A DNA stretch of 64,000 bases from Salinivirgaceae bacterium. Lineage in GTDB: Bacteria > Bacteroidota > Bacteroidia > Bacteroidales > SZUA-534. Shown here one piece after another: positions 1 to 10,858 of the stretch; positions within the stretch are counted from its first letter, which is position 1, and every line of letters starts with the position of its first letter. A program made the position numbers and the translations under genes. The notes under the pieces are model-generated. The model ran no database searches. It worked only from the letters and a program-made list of their open reading frames with translations, and was not told the DNA's origin. Location: positions 1-64,000 of the forward strand of contig JAKSOL010000005.1 in NCBI GenBank assembly GCA_024405635.1. Reading direction: 5' to 3'.

Positions 1-154
1 TTTTATTCGTTTTATGAATAACTTTTTTCAATTTTTATTAATGCACAACGGGTAATGTAAAAATACAATTTATTCTAACGCTCAAGATTACAATCTAGCA
101 TTATACACTAGCAAATATCCCTCAAAATTGTGGTAACAATTATTAGCATATAAC

Positions 155-190
155 ACAAAGCCGCCACCAATAATCCGATGGCGGCTTTGT
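155..190. terminator. Inverted repeat / probable bidirectional intrinsic terminator
   Basis: 12-bp stem acaaagccgcca / tggcggctttgt with A/T-rich flanks. Confidence 0.55.
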
Positions 191-282
191 TATTTAATGG
201 TTATAAGTTTAGTAGCCAACCACAACTCCAGTATTATATTTAGTTGCACCTTTGCACAATAAACCACAAAAAAAACTAAACA

Positions 283-1329
283 ATGCTCAATAGCACCGAT
301 GCTAGTATTAGCCAAATAATTGTACACCACATTGGCGACCATAAAGAAGACGACCGTACAATAATATCAACCCAGCCAACTACAATAACCGACGAGTCAG
401 TTGAACTTGTGCTAAAAACATACTTTTTGTCACACTTCAAAACCGATTTCATGTACAGCTTCATACATCCCGAAGATTTAGAGATGAACGAAATGTATAA
501 TGCTGCAGGTCAAATATTTGACAACCCAAACCAATTAGCGCAAACATCGGCAGAACTTGCAAACTTGCTATACTCAAAAAGCACCAACCCAAACATAAAG
601 TCGGGCGAGTTTTATGTGGTTTTTTTCAAAGACATAAACTTTAACGACGAATATGTTGATGCAATAGGCTTATTTAAATCCGAAAACAAAGACACCTACA
701 TAAAAGTATTTAACAAAGGAGACAACTACGCAGTAGAATCAGAAGCTGGCATAAACATAAAAAAAGTGGACAAAGGTTGCCTAATCATAAACTCCGACCG
801 CGAAACAGGCTTTCAAGTTGCCATAATCGACACCATAAATCGCAACAACGAAGCGCTATATTGGAAAGAAGATTTTTTGGGAGTAGCTCCACGCGAAAAC
901 GAATACTATCAAACCAGCCAACTATTTGACATCTGCAAAGCCTTTGGCAACGACGTACTCACAAACGAAAACAAGATAAACAAAACCGACCAAGTAACAT
1001 TTTTGAAAAATGCCGAAGACTTTTTTGCCAAAAACAACATATACGACACCCAAACTTTTAGCGAGCAAGTTATTGGTAACGAAGAAATTGCAAACGCCTT
1101 TTCCGAATATAAAGGCAAATACGAAACACAACGCCAAATTGCCCCAATCGACCAATTTGAAATATCAAGCGAAGCCGTAAAACGAGGCAAAAAATACTTC
1201 AGAAGTGTTATAAAACTCGATAAAAATTTCCACATTTACGTACACGCAAACCCCGATTACATTGAAAAAGGATTTGACGAACACAAAGGACGAAATTTTT
1301 ACAAACTATACTTTATAAACGAAGAATAA
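283..1329 (+). CDS. Nucleoid-associated protein (NA37/YejK-like, Bacteroidota type)
   Basis: 348 aa; N-terminal IIVHHIG, LYxxSxxPNIKSGEFYV, AIGLFKSE, KVDKGCLI, YWKEDFL, IKLDKNFHIYVH motifs typical of this family. Confidence 0.75.
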   Translation: MLNSTDASISQIIVHHIGDHKEDDRTIISTQPTTITDESVELVLKTYFLSHFKTDFMYSFIHPEDLEMNEMYNAAGQIFDNPNQLAQTSAELANLLYSKSTNPNIKSGEFYVVFFKDINFNDEYVDAIGLFKSENKDTYIKVFNKGDNYAVESEAGINIKKVDKGCLIINSDRETGFQVAIIDTINRNNEALYWKEDFLGVAPRENEYYQTSQLFDICKAFGNDVLTNENKINKTDQVTFLKNAEDFFAKNNIYDTQTFSEQVIGNEEIANAFSEYKGKYETQRQIAPIDQFEISSEAVKRGKKYFRSVIKLDKNFHIYVHANPDYIEKGFDEHKGRNFYKLYFINEE

Positions 1330-1350
1330 TCCATTAAAAAACAATACATT

Positions 1351-1632
1351 ATGTCAAGCGTTAGAGATTTAAAACACGATGTGAATTTTATTGCAACCGA
1401 ACTGATTGCTGAATGTTTAACCCACTGCTACATTCTTCCAGAAGAAAAAGAAGAAGAAATTTACAAGTTGATTAGCGACATTGCCGATTTTCACAACAAC
1501 ACACTTAACGAGATTAGCGCAGCTCGTTCAGCCGCTGCAAAAGAACGTGGCGATATTTTCAAAGCCATTCGCAACGGTTTAAACCAACAAATACCAGGGT
1601 TCATTGAACGTTTAGCAGGTTTATACAAGTAA
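1351..1632 (+). CDS. Conserved hypothetical protein (small helical Bacteroidota protein)
   Basis: 93 aa ORF, host-like codon usage, 21 bp after upstream gene, followed by terminator; N-terminus RDLKHDVNFIATELIAEC. Confidence 0.7.
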   Translation: MSSVRDLKHDVNFIATELIAECLTHCYILPEEKEEEIYKLISDIADFHNNTLNEISAARSAAAKERGDIFKAIRNGLNQQIPGFIERLAGLYK

Positions 1633-1653
1633 ATTCACCTACAACAATGCAAT

Positions 1654-1691
1654 AAAAAGCCGCAGCACACTTGTGTAGCGGCTTTTGTTTT
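1654..1691 (+). terminator. Rho-independent terminator
   Basis: Stem aaaagccgc-a-gcac / gtgt-a-gcggctttt followed by T-rich tail. Confidence 0.75.
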
Positions 1692-1744
1692 ATAAACCGC
1701 AAAAATTATATACAACTAATTACAAACCAAACAATAATAAATAG

Positions 1745-1752
1745 TACTTTTG
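1745..1752 (+). promoter_or_regulatory. Bacteroidota housekeeping promoter -7 element for thrS operon
   Basis: TACTTTTG matches TAnnTTTG, ~37 nt upstream of the thrS ATG. Confidence 0.65.
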
Positions 1753-1789
1753 CCCCACTTTTTTACAAGGCAAAAAACTAAATATCGAT

Positions 1790-3730
1790 ATGATTAAAAT
1801 AACCTTTCCCGACAACAGCACCCGCGAATACGAGGCAGGTGTTACTGGTTTACAAATAGCAGAGAGCATCAGCCCTCGCTTGGCAAAAGAAGTTCTTTCT
1901 GTGTCAGTTAACGACACTGTAATTGACCTTGACCGCCCTATCACCACCGACGCTGCAATCAAATTGCACAAATGGGACGATGCAGAAGGAAAACACACAT
2001 TTTGGCACTCGTCGGCTCACGTTATGGCCGAGGCACTTCAAAATCTATATCCAGGCGTAAAATTCGGCATTGGTCCTGCAATTGAGAATGGTTTCTACTA
2101 TGATATCGACCTTCCAGAAGGAACTCAAATTTCAGAATCGGACTTTGCAAATATCGAGGCTGAATTCATGAAAATAGCAGCAACAAAAACTCAATTTGTT
2201 CGTTGCGACGTTACCAAAGCCGAGGCTTTAAAATTCTTTGGCGATAAAAACGAAACCTACAAAGTTGAATTGATTAATGACCTTGAAGACGGCACAATCA
2301 GTTTCTACAAACAAGGTAACTTTACCGACCTTTGCCGTGGACCACACTTGCACGACTCAAGCGTTATTAAAGCATTTAAATTATTAAGCATTGCTGGTGC
2401 ATACTGGCGTGGCGATGAAAAACGTAAACAATTAACCCGTGTTTACGCTATTACTTTCCCACAAAAGAAACAACTTGACGAGTATCTTGTACTATTGGAA
2501 GAAGCCAAGAAACGTGACCACCGCAAAATTGGCAAAGAGATGGAACTATTCACATTCTCAGCCAAAGTTGGACAAGGACTACCTTTGTGGTTGCCCAAAG
2601 GAGCCGACCTTCGCGACCGCTTGGAGCAATTCCTTCGTAAAATCCAAAAACAATATGGATATCTTCAAGTTGTTACACCACACATCGGCAACAAAGAACT
2701 ATATGTAACTTCGGGACACTGGGCTAAATATGGCAAAGACTCATTCCGTCCAATTCAAACACCACAAGAAGGCGAAGAGTACTTGCTAAAACCGATGAAC
2801 TGCCCTCACCACTGCGAAATATACCGCTCAAAACCTCACTCATACAAAGACCTACCACTTCGCTTTGCCGAATTTGGAACCGTTTATCGTTATGAGCAAA
2901 GCGGTGAGCTACACGGTTTAACCCGCGTACGTAGTTTTACACAAGACGATGCTCACCTATTCTGCCGTCCCGACCAATTAAAAGAAGAATTCTGCAAGGT
3001 TATTGACATTATCTTGTACGTATTCAAAACATTGGATTTCAAAGACTTTACTGCACAAGTATCGCTACGCGACCCTAACAATCGCGAAAAATACATAGGC
3101 ACCGACGAAAACTGGGCAAAAGCCGAATCTGCAATTATTGAAGCCGCTGAAGAAAAAGGCTTACCTACAGTAGTTGAACTGGGCGAGGCAGCATTCTACG
3201 GACCAAAACTTGACTTTATGGTAAAAGACGCCATTGGTCGTAAATGGCAACTAGGGACCATTCAAGTTGACTACAACCTACCAGAGCGCTTTGGTTTGGA
3301 ATATGTTGGCTCCGACAACCAAAATCACCGCCCAGTAATGATACACCGAGCTCCATTTGGTTCACTTGAACGATTTGTTGCTGTTTTGCTTGAGCACACA
3401 GGCGGAAAATTGCCATTGTGGCTAACACCAGAACAAGTAAGTATTTTGCCTATAAGCGAAAAATACAACGATTTTGCGCAAAGCGTTTCAAATATTCTGA
3501 ATAATTACGATATTCGCGCCGCCGTTGACGAGCGTAACGAGAAGATTGGTAGAAAGATACGTGACAACGAAGTTAAACGTATCCCATACATGCTTATAGT
3601 AGGCGAAAAAGAGGCAGCAACAAACACCGTATCGGTTCGCCGACAAGGAGCTGCTGACTTGGGCAGCATGAGCATTGAAGACTTTGCGAAACTCGTAACC
3701 GACGAAGTAAACGAAATATTGAAAAAATAA
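1790..3730 (+). CDS. thrS: Threonine--tRNA ligase
   Basis: TGS N-terminus, HSSAH editing motif, [42 protein letters not shown]. Confidence 0.99.
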   Translation: MIKITFPDNSTREYEAGVTGLQIAESISPRLAKEVLSVSVNDTVIDLDRPITTDAAIKLHKWDDAEGKHTFWHSSAHVMAEALQNLYPGVKFGIGPAIENGFYYDIDLPEGTQISESDFANIEAEFMKIAATKTQFVRCDVTKAEALKFFGDKNETYKVELINDLEDGTISFYKQGNFTDLCRGPHLHDSSVIKAFKLLSIAGAYWRGDEKRKQLTRVYAITFPQKKQLDEYLVLLEEAKKRDHRKIGKEMELFTFSAKVGQGLPLWLPKGADLRDRLEQFLRKIQKQYGYLQVVTPHIGNKELYVTSGHWAKYGKDSFRPIQTPQEGEEYLLKPMNCPHHCEIYRSKPHSYKDLPLRFAEFGTVYRYEQSGELHGLTRVRSFTQDDAHLFCRPDQLKEEFCKVIDIILYVFKTLDFKDFTAQVSLRDPNNREKYIGTDENWAKAESAIIEAAEEKGLPTVVELGEAAFYGPKLDFMVKDAIGRKWQLGTIQVDYNLPERFGLEYVGSDNQNHRPVMIHRAPFGSLERFVAVLLEHTGGKLPLWLTPEQVSILPISEKYNDFAQSVSNILNNYDIRAAVDERNEKIGRKIRDNEVKRIPYMLIVGEKEAATNTVSVRRQGAADLGSMSIEDFAKLVTDEVNEILKK

Positions 3731-3737
3731 ACTAATT

Positions 3738-3743
3738 AGGAGG
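3738..3743 (+). promoter_or_regulatory. Shine-Dalgarno sequence for infC
   Basis: AGGAGG 8 nt upstream of in-frame ATA at 3752. Confidence 0.7.
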
Positions 3744-3751
3744 ACAAAACT

Positions 3752-4306
3752 ATAGCACTCACTAACAACAAAGGCCCGGTTCGCAACAACGAAAAAGAGC
3801 CAGCCAACAAGATTAATGAGAACATTAGAGCACCACGCGTACGCTTGGTGGGCGACAATGTTGAACAAGGTGTTTACAGCATTCACGATGCTTTAAGAAT
3901 ATCTGAAGAGCAAGGTTTGGATTTGGTAGAAATATCGCCAAATGCCGATCCTCCAGTATGTAAGGTAATTGACTACAGCAAGTTCTTATATGCTTTGAAA
4001 AAGAAGCAGAAAGAAATGAAAGCCAATGCCACAAAAATGGAATTGAAGGTTATTCGTTTCGGACCACAAACCGACGATCACGACTTCAATTTCAAGAAGA
4101 ACCACGCAATAAAATTCCTTGAAGAAGGTGCAAAAGTTAAAGTTTATGTATTCTTCAAAGGACGTTCAATTGTTTTCAAAGAGCAAGGCGAACTTGTATT
4201 GTTGCGATTGGCCAACGAGCTTGAAGATTATGGCAAAGTTGAACAAATGCCATTATTGGAGGGCAAACAAATGATTATGACACTAGTACCAAAGAAGAAA
4301 AAATAA
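3752..4306 (+). CDS. infC: Translation initiation factor IF-3 (non-AUG start, probably ATA at 3752)
   Basis: Frame is open upstream of the track start (3845) and encodes the conserved [15 protein letters not shown]-domain; [22 protein letters not shown]; canonical thrS-infC-rpmI-rplT order. Confidence 0.95.
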   Translation: MALTNNKGPVRNNEKEPANKINENIRAPRVRLVGDNVEQGVYSIHDALRISEEQGLDLVEISPNADPPVCKVIDYSKFLYALKKKQKEMKANATKMELKVIRFGPQTDDHDFNFKKNHAIKFLEEGAKVKVYVFFKGRSIVFKEQGELVLLRLANELEDYGKVEQMPLLEGKQMIMTLVPKKKK

Positions 4307-4331
4307 GTTTTGAATTTAAATTTTTGAGATT

Positions 4332-4529
4332 ATGCCAAAAATGAAAACCAATTCTGGTGCAAAAAAACGTTTTGTTTTGACTGGCACTGGAAAAATCAAA
4401 AGGAAACACGCTTTTAAAAGCCACATCCTTACTAAAAAATCAACAACTCGTAAACGTAACTTAACTTACTTTACTACAGTTGATCATGCCAACCTAAAAA
4501 GCATCAAGCTTTGCTTGGCAATGAAGTAA
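4332..4529 (+). CDS. rpmI: 50S ribosomal protein L35
   Basis: [14 protein letters not shown]...[11 protein letters not shown]. Confidence 0.99.
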   Translation: MPKMKTNSGAKKRFVLTGTGKIKRKHAFKSHILTKKSTTRKRNLTYFTTVDHANLKSIKLCLAMK

Positions 4530-4551
4530 TAAATTAAAGTTATTAAACCGC

Positions 4552-4601
4552 GAATGTATTAGCCGACAAAGAATCCGAAAGGTGAGGATCGCTAACCATT
4601 C
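4552..4601 (+). promoter_or_regulatory. Putative structured cis-element (candidate L20 autoregulatory leader)
   Basis: Nested pairings gaatg/cattc and ttagc/gctaa around an internal cc-gaaa-gg tetraloop, ending 15 nt before the rplT ATG. Confidence 0.5.
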
Positions 4602-4616
4602 CTAAAATGAAAAATT

Positions 4617-4961
4617 ATGCCACGTTCAGTTAATCATGTAGCATCAAGAGCGAGAAGAAAAAAAGTATTAAAACAAACCAAAGGCTACTTTGGTTCTCGT
4701 AGCAACGTTTGGACCGTTGCAAAAAACACCTTTGAAAAAGGTCAACAACACGCATACAACGACCGCAAGACCAAAAAACGTAATTTCCGCGCTTTGTGGA
4801 TTCAACGTATCAACGCTGGTGCTCGTTTGTGCGGAATGTCTTATTCAGAACTTATGGGCAAGTTGGCTAAAGCCAACATTGAAATTAACAGAAAAGCTCT
4901 TGCCGACTTGGCAATGAACCAACCTGAAGCTTTCAAAGCCGTTGTAGATTCTGTTAAATAA
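4617..4961 (+). CDS. rplT: 50S ribosomal protein L20
   Basis: [16 protein letters not shown]...[14 protein letters not shown]...[10 protein letters not shown]. Confidence 0.99.
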   Translation: MPRSVNHVASRARRKKVLKQTKGYFGSRSNVWTVAKNTFEKGQQHAYNDRKTKKRNFRALWIQRINAGARLCGMSYSELMGKLAKANIEINRKALADLAMNQPEAFKAVVDSVK

Positions 4962-4989
4962 ATTGAACCCTAATTTGGTACTATAAACG

Positions 4990-5023
4990 AGTCTGTTCCG
5001 TTTTTCGGGACAGACTTTTTTTT
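4990..5023 (+). terminator. Rho-independent terminator of thrS-infC-rpmI-rplT
   Basis: Stem agtctgttccg / cgggacagact followed by a T run. Confidence 0.85.
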
Positions 5024-5178
5024 ATTCTTAAATGTTCAAAACAAAGGGATTTCACCTACTCGATGCATATTGCTTAAACAGCAAAAAATGCATTCCTTTG
5101 GCGCAGTTTTTCAAGCAATACAAATGATTTGTTTGAAATAAATAACGATGCAGAAATTATAACTAAAACACATATAAA

Positions 5179-5907
5179 ATGAAACTTGCAATTATTGGCT
5201 ACGGCCGTATGGGCCACGAGATTGAGGCTGCTGCTATTCAACGTGGTCACGAAGTTGTTATTACCATTGACAAAGATAACATGAACGACTTTGAAAGTGA
5301 GAAATTTAAATCGGCTGACGTAGCCATTGAGTTCACCTTTCCAGAATCGGCTGTTAGCGACTATCTAAAATGTTTCAAGGCTGGTATTCCTGTTGTATCG
5401 GGCACAACAGGCTGGTTAGACAAAAGACCAATGGTTGAAGACGAATGCAAGAAAAATAATTGCGGTTTTCTTTATGCATCAAACTTCAGTTTGGGAGTTA
5501 ACCTTTTCTTTGAATTAAACCGCAAACTTGCCAAAATGATGGGGCAATTTTCTGACTACTCAGTACGCATGAACGAAATACATCACACAAAGAAACTTGA
5601 CGCTCCTAGCGGAACTGCCATCACTTTGGGTGAAGACATTATAAAAGCTATTCCAAGCAAAGACAAATGGGTAAACACAGCCGAATGCAAGCCTAATGAA
5701 TTGTCAATCACTTCAGAACGTATTGGTGATGTACCAGGAACTCATGAAATATTCTACAAATCAGAAGCTGACGAAATAACCATACGTCACGAGGCGTTCA
5801 ACCGAAAAGGTTTTGCTTTAGGCGCCGTAATTGCTGCAGAATTCATGGTTGGCAAGAAAGGCATCTACTCAATGAGTGACGTATTCAATTCTATACTAAA
5901 TATATAA
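5179..5907 (+). CDS. dapB: 4-hydroxy-tetrahydrodipicolinate reductase
   Basis: IIGYGRMG, SGTTGW, ASNFSLG, EIHHTKKLDAPSGTA. Confidence 0.97.
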   Translation: MKLAIIGYGRMGHEIEAAAIQRGHEVVITIDKDNMNDFESEKFKSADVAIEFTFPESAVSDYLKCFKAGIPVVSGTTGWLDKRPMVEDECKKNNCGFLYASNFSLGVNLFFELNRKLAKMMGQFSDYSVRMNEIHHTKKLDAPSGTAITLGEDIIKAIPSKDKWVNTAECKPNELSITSERIGDVPGTHEIFYKSEADEITIRHEAFNRKGFALGAVIAAEFMVGKKGIYSMSDVFNSILNI

Positions 5908-5913
5908 GCAGAC

Positions 5914-7239
5914 ATGGAAAAACCATCTAGGAAAGCAATAATCAAATTCAGCATAATTACCGTTATATACATTCTTTGGATTATATGGAATGGCGGTTTA
6001 TTATGGTTACTGGGTTTACCTATCATTTTTGACATCTACATCACCAAAAAGGTTCATTGGAACTTTTGGATGAAAAAAGGTGTTGAAAAACAAACCAAAA
6101 GCGTTGAGTGGATTGATGCTATAATCTTTGCTGTAGTTGTTGCTTCTCTTTTGCGTACATTCTTATTTGAGGCTTACGTCATTCCAACCTCTTCAATGGA
6201 AAAATCGCTTTTAGTTGGCGACTATCTTTTTGTTAGCAAAGTTACATACGGACCTCGAAAACCTATAACACCTATTTCAGTACCTTTTGTTCACAACACA
6301 ATGCCTTTTACAGCAAAAACCCCATCGTATAGCGAGGCATGGCAACGCCCATACAAACGAATGGCAGGTTTGCGCAAGATAAAAAACAACGATGTTGTGG
6401 TTTTTAACTTTCCTGAAGGCGACACAGTTTGCCTTGAAAACCAAGCTCCAAGTTACTACCAATTGGTTCGCGATGCTGGTAGAAAAACAATTTGGAATTA
6501 CTATACAATTGGGCACCGTCCTATTGATAAGTGCGAAAACTATATTAAACGTTGCGTAGGTATTCATGGTGATTCGCTACAAATTATTGATGGTCAACTA
6601 TATGTAAATGGCAAACCGCAAGAAGAAGTTGGTCATAAACAATTTAGACACACCATTATAACCGACGGCACTCAATTAAATCCCAAAATGTTGCAAAAAC
6701 TTGGTATATCAAAAGAAGATATTGCTCAAGGCTACATTGAGCCTGGTCATTACAACATTCCAATGGACGATGAGTTGGCAAAACATTTCGCAACTTTCAA
6801 ATTCATAAAAAGCATAACAAAAGACAATGCTGGAACCCGATATGAACCTCGCGTTTTTCCTCACAACAAAAACTTCCGTTGGAACGAAGACAACTATGGA
6901 CCTATTTGGATTCCCGAAGCAGGAAAAACAATTGAGTTAACAGTTGAGAATTTGCCTTTGTACCAACGAATTATTGATGTTTACGAGAATAACACACTCG
7001 AAGTTCGTGATAGTAACATTTACATAAATGGCTCTTTAGCAACAAACTACACTTTTAAAATGGACTACTACTGGATGATGGGCGACAACCGTCACAACTC
7101 TCTTGACTCGCGTTATTGGGGTTTTGTTCCTGAAGACCATATTGTTGGTAGTGCATCTATGATTTGGTTCTCAAGCGACAAAGACAAACCTTTTCCTCAA
7201 AACATTCGTTGGCGACGTTTATTCAACTTCATCAATTAA
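5914..7239 (+). CDS. lepB: Signal peptidase I
   Basis: N-terminal TM segments, IPTSSME (catalytic Ser), YIKRC (Lys), MMGDNRHNSLDSRYWGFVP. Confidence 0.96.
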   Translation: MEKPSRKAIIKFSIITVIYILWIIWNGGLLWLLGLPIIFDIYITKKVHWNFWMKKGVEKQTKSVEWIDAIIFAVVVASLLRTFLFEAYVIPTSSMEKSLLVGDYLFVSKVTYGPRKPITPISVPFVHNTMPFTAKTPSYSEAWQRPYKRMAGLRKIKNNDVVVFNFPEGDTVCLENQAPSYYQLVRDAGRKTIWNYYTIGHRPIDKCENYIKRCVGIHGDSLQIIDGQLYVNGKPQEEVGHKQFRHTIITDGTQLNPKMLQKLGISKEDIAQGYIEPGHYNIPMDDELAKHFATFKFIKSITKDNAGTRYEPRVFPHNKNFRWNEDNYGPIWIPEAGKTIELTVENLPLYQRIIDVYENNTLEVRDSNIYINGSLATNYTFKMDYYWMMGDNRHNSLDSRYWGFVPEDHIVGSASMIWFSSDKDKPFPQNIRWRRLFNFIN

Positions 7240-7242
7240 AAA

Positions 7243-10206
7243 ATGCAAAAAAAACACATCTCCCATCATATCTTTTTTTTACCAATGCTGATCCTGCTGA
7301 TTATAGCAGAACCAGCATTGGCTCATTTTAACACCGACTCAATAGAAAATTCCTGGGTTGATTCTGTGATGAGTCAAATGAGTTTGCAGCAAAAGGTTGC
7401 TCAACTAATAATGCCAGCCGTTTACTCAAACAAAGACGAAGCATACAACAACAAGACAATTGAACAATTCTGCAAAAATCAATATGGCGGAATTATATAC
7501 ATGCAGGGAGACCCTGTTAATCAAATTCTGCTAAACAATAGGCTACAATCTGCACTAAAAATACCAGCAATGGTAGCTCTAGATGCAGAATATGGGCTTG
7601 GAATGCGACTAAAAGAAACCATTCGATTCCCTCGCAATATGGTTTTAGGAGCCATTCAGGATAATCAATTAATTTTTGATTTTGGAGCTGAACTTGCACG
7701 CCAATGCAAACGAGTTGGCGTTCACATAAACTTTGCACCTGTTATTGACGTAAATGTCAATGCCGAAAATCCAATAATAGGCAGCCGTTCTTACGGCGAA
7801 AATGTTGACTCTGTGGTAACAAAAAGCATTGCTTTCACTCAAGGTTTACAATCGGAACATGTTATGGCCGTGGCAAAACATTTTCCAGGGCATGGCGACA
7901 CCAACACCGACTCGCACCTAGCCACACCTATAATCAGCCACAGCCGTCAGCGACTTGATAGTATTGAACTAACTCCTTTCAGAAAACTGATAAACAACGA
8001 ATTAAACGGCATAATGGTTGCTCACCTAACAGTGCCTGCTCTTGAAGCCGACTCCACTCCCGCAACCTTATCTGCAAGAATATCAGACACTTTACTTCAA
8101 CAGCAACTAGGATTCAATGGGCTTGTGTTTACCGATGGATTAAACATGCGAGGTGTAACTAATCGTTTCAGCCAAAAAGAAATTGGAATTAAAGCTTTAA
8201 ACGCAGGAGCTGATATATTGCTATTTCCTGAAAATGCTGAAAATATGCTAAATGGTATAATTGAATCCATTGAAACTGGCGCAATTGACACCAACATAAT
8301 AAACCAAAAATGCCGCAAAGTTCTTAAAGCCAAATATTGGTTTGGGCTGAATAGTTACACCGAGATTGATACTTGCAATGTTTTATCAGACTTAAATAAC
8401 AATTACGCCAAGCTGTTAAATAGAAGAATAATTGAAAGTGGACTAACTCTAATTCAAAAACAAGATGTTTTACCAATCAAAACGCTAAAAGACAACAAGA
8501 TTCTTTCAATTGCCATTAGCGAAACTGTAACTGCGGAAAACGAATTTCAAAAGCAACTAAGTTTATATGCACAAGTTGACCATATACAAGTCAGTATATT
8601 TGCAACCGATAGTGCAATTGCTAAAATTGTTGACACGGCAAAGCAATACAACACCGTAATTATCTGCACATTAGGCACAAACGAAATTGCAAAAAGCAAT
8701 TACGGACTTGTTCCCGAATCAATAAAGTTGATTGACACGTTGGCAACTTGTTACAATCCCATTTTGGTTCATTTAGGAAATCCTTACGGGTTAGCAAAAC
8801 TTGCCCACTGCAATTTGTTCAAATCGATACTAATTGGTTATAGAGCAGACGAAATAACACAAAACATTGCCGCTCAAGCTGTATTTGGAGGAGTGATTGC
8901 GTGCGGGAAACTACCAGTTAGCATAAACAGCCATCTTAAACTCGGCATGGGAGAAAGCCAAACAACAACACCAATAAGGCTAAAATACACCACTCCCGAC
9001 GAACTAAATCTACCAATACAACCATTTGAAAAAATCGATTCAATAATAAACTGGTGCATAACTAACAATGTTATGCCAGGGTGCCAAATTCTATTGGCTG
9101 CTAAAGGCAATGTTATTTTCCACAAAGCCTACGGTCACCACACATATACCGATAGTACAAAAGTCAAACTAACTGATATATACGACATTGCATCAGTTAC
9201 AAAAGTTGCAGCAACCACAACTGCTCTTATGCAACTATACGATAACAAGCAGTTCTCGCTAAAACAAAAACTTTCAGCTTACGTTCCTGAATTAAAAAAT
9301 TCACAACTGAAAGAGGTTAGAATAAACAGCACAATGGCGCACCAAGCTGGATTAAAAAGCTGGTTACGCCTATACCAAGCCACACTTGACAAGAATGGCA
9401 ACTTACGCCCAGAATTGTTTGCAACACACGACTCTGCCGAATTCAGCATACAGTTAACGCCAAATTTATTTATGCGGAGCGACTATGTTGACACAGCTTT
9501 CTTCCGACTAAAAAACGAGCCATTATCAAACGAAGGCAAATATCGTTACAGCGACATTGGTTTTTATATGCTACCTAAACTTATTGAGAACCAAACAAAA
9601 CTGAAAATAAACGACTACTGCAAACTAAACATTTACGAACCAATGGGAATGAACAACACAAGTTATTTACCATTGCAAAAATTTGACACACTGCGAATTG
9701 TACCTTCAGAGATTGACAACGTTTTCCGAAAAACAGAAATACGAGGATTTGTAAACGATGCAGGAGCTGCTATGGTTGGCGGCATTTCGGGGCATGCTGG
9801 ACTATTTTCAAACGCAAACGACCTTGCAAAACTTGGACAAATGTTACTAAACAACGGGCAATATGCCAACAAACAATACATTAACGCAAGCACAATTAAA
9901 TTATTCACAACAAAAGCATTTGCAAAATCTGAAAATCGTAGAGCCTTAGGCTTTGACAAACCGCTTGAAGTGTATAATATAAATGGACCGACTTGCGAAC
10001 TGGCCTCACAACAAAGTTACGGGCACACAGGATTTACGGGAGCATACCTATGGATAGATCCAAAGAATCAAAGTGTTATGGTATTTGTTACAAATAGGAC
10101 ATACCCCGACCCCAACAACAACAAACTAGCAAAGCTTAATATCAGAACTGATATTCAAGCATTGTTTTACCAAGCATTGCTGCAAAATACAAACGGTTTG
10201 AAATAA
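7243..10206 (+). CDS. GH3 beta-N-acetylhexosaminidase (NagZ-like) fused to a beta-lactamase-like serine hydrolase
   Basis: Signal peptide; KHFPGHGDTNTDSH GH3/NagZ signature; C-terminal SVTK (SxxK), YSD and HTG motifs. Confidence 0.88.
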   Translation: MQKKHISHHIFFLPMLILLIIAEPALAHFNTDSIENSWVDSVMSQMSLQQKVAQLIMPAVYSNKDEAYNNKTIEQFCKNQYGGIIYMQGDPVNQILLNNRLQSALKIPAMVALDAEYGLGMRLKETIRFPRNMVLGAIQDNQLIFDFGAELARQCKRVGVHINFAPVIDVNVNAENPIIGSRSYGENVDSVVTKSIAFTQGLQSEHVMAVAKHFPGHGDTNTDSHLATPIISHSRQRLDSIELTPFRKLINNELNGIMVAHLTVPALEADSTPATLSARISDTLLQQQLGFNGLVFTDGLNMRGVTNRFSQKEIGIKALNAGADILLFPENAENMLNGIIESIETGAIDTNIINQKCRKVLKAKYWFGLNSYTEIDTCNVLSDLNNNYAKLLNRRIIESGLTLIQKQDVLPIKTLKDNKILSIAISETVTAENEFQKQLSLYAQVDHIQVSIFATDSAIAKIVDTAKQYNTVIICTLGTNEIAKSNYGLVPESIKLIDTLATCYNPILVHLGNPYGLAKLAHCNLFKSILIGYRADEITQNIAAQAVFGGVIACGKLPVSINSHLKLGMGESQTTTPIRLKYTTPDELNLPIQPFEKIDSIINWCITNNVMPGCQILLAAKGNVIFHKAYGHHTYTDSTKVKLTDIYDIASVTKVAATTTALMQLYDNKQFSLKQKLSAYVPELKNSQLKEVRINSTMAHQAGLKSWLRLYQATLDKNGNLRPELFATHDSAEFSIQLTPNLFMRSDYVDTAFFRLKNEPLSNEGKYRYSDIGFYMLPKLIENQTKLKINDYCKLNIYEPMGMNNTSYLPLQKFDTLRIVPSEIDNVFRKTEIRGFVNDAGAAMVGGISGHAGLFSNANDLAKLGQMLLNNGQYANKQYINASTIKLFTTKAFAKSENRRALGFDKPLEVYNINGPTCELASQQSYGHTGFTGAYLWIDPKNQSVMVFVTNRTYPDPNNNKLAKLNIRTDIQALFYQALLQNTNGLK

Positions 10207-10292
10207 AAAAGCGAGCCTCAATATTCAACCATTTTTACATTATTTTAAAGCAAAATACAGCTTAAAAAAGTTGAGTAAAATCAATTTATTTT

Positions 10293-10300
10293 TACTTTTG
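10293..10300 (+). promoter_or_regulatory. -7 promoter element for the T9SS two-gene module
   Basis: TACTTTTG ~57 nt before the ATG at 10358. Confidence 0.6.
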
Positions 10301-10357
10301 CACGATGCATTTTTAGCAGACATACAATTAGCATATTAACTAAAAAAACATACAATT

Positions 10358-10846
10358 ATGAAAAAGATTATTGGTTTTGCACTAGCAATGTTTGCCTTGA
10401 GCGTTTCGGCTCAACAAGTTGAATTACAAAGTTTTGTAATATCATCAGGTGGCGGTTTTGAAGAAAAAGACGGTTATTCAGTAAGCTACACCATTGGTGA
10501 AGTTGTAACAGGTACATTAGAACTTGGCGGTTACACCATAGTACAAGGTTTTCAACAAGCATTTATTGAGGACACCACATCATTACTAGCATCGCAAAAG
10601 TATATTGATATTAACATTTACCCTAACCCAGCAAAATCATACATCAACATTCAATTGAGCGATAGCGACAATGAAGTTGCTATGATTCATTGCTACGACA
10701 TGACTGGTAAAGAGGTTTTTGCGCAAGAAACAGAACTTGGACTTACAACCAAAATTGATGTAACCGACCTACCACAAGGACTTTACTTTGTTCGCATAAT
10801 TGCTGACGACCAAATACTTGCAACACAAAAATTTGCAAAACTATAA
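10358..10846 (+). CDS. Small T9SS type A sorting-domain protein
   Basis: Sec signal peptide, ~50-aa Gly-rich N-domain (VISSGGG...SYTIGE...QGFQQ), C-terminal IYPNPAK...GLYFVRI...QKFAKL CTD. Confidence 0.85.
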   Translation: MKKIIGFALAMFALSVSAQQVELQSFVISSGGGFEEKDGYSVSYTIGEVVTGTLELGGYTIVQGFQQAFIEDTTSLLASQKYIDINIYPNPAKSYINIQLSDSDNEVAMIHCYDMTGKEVFAQETELGLTTKIDVTDLPQGLYFVRIIADDQILATQKFAKL

Positions 10847-10858
10847 TCAACATAAATC

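Noticed and set aside
1753-1789. T-box or riboswitch before thrS (and FMN riboswitch before ribBA)
   Set aside because: Predicted -7 boxes leave leaders of under 40 nt, too short for these elements.
9040-10206. Beta-lactamase-like domain as a resistance gene
   Set aside because: It is the common serine-hydrolase module fused to GH3 in Bacteroidota, more consistent with peptidoglycan recycling.
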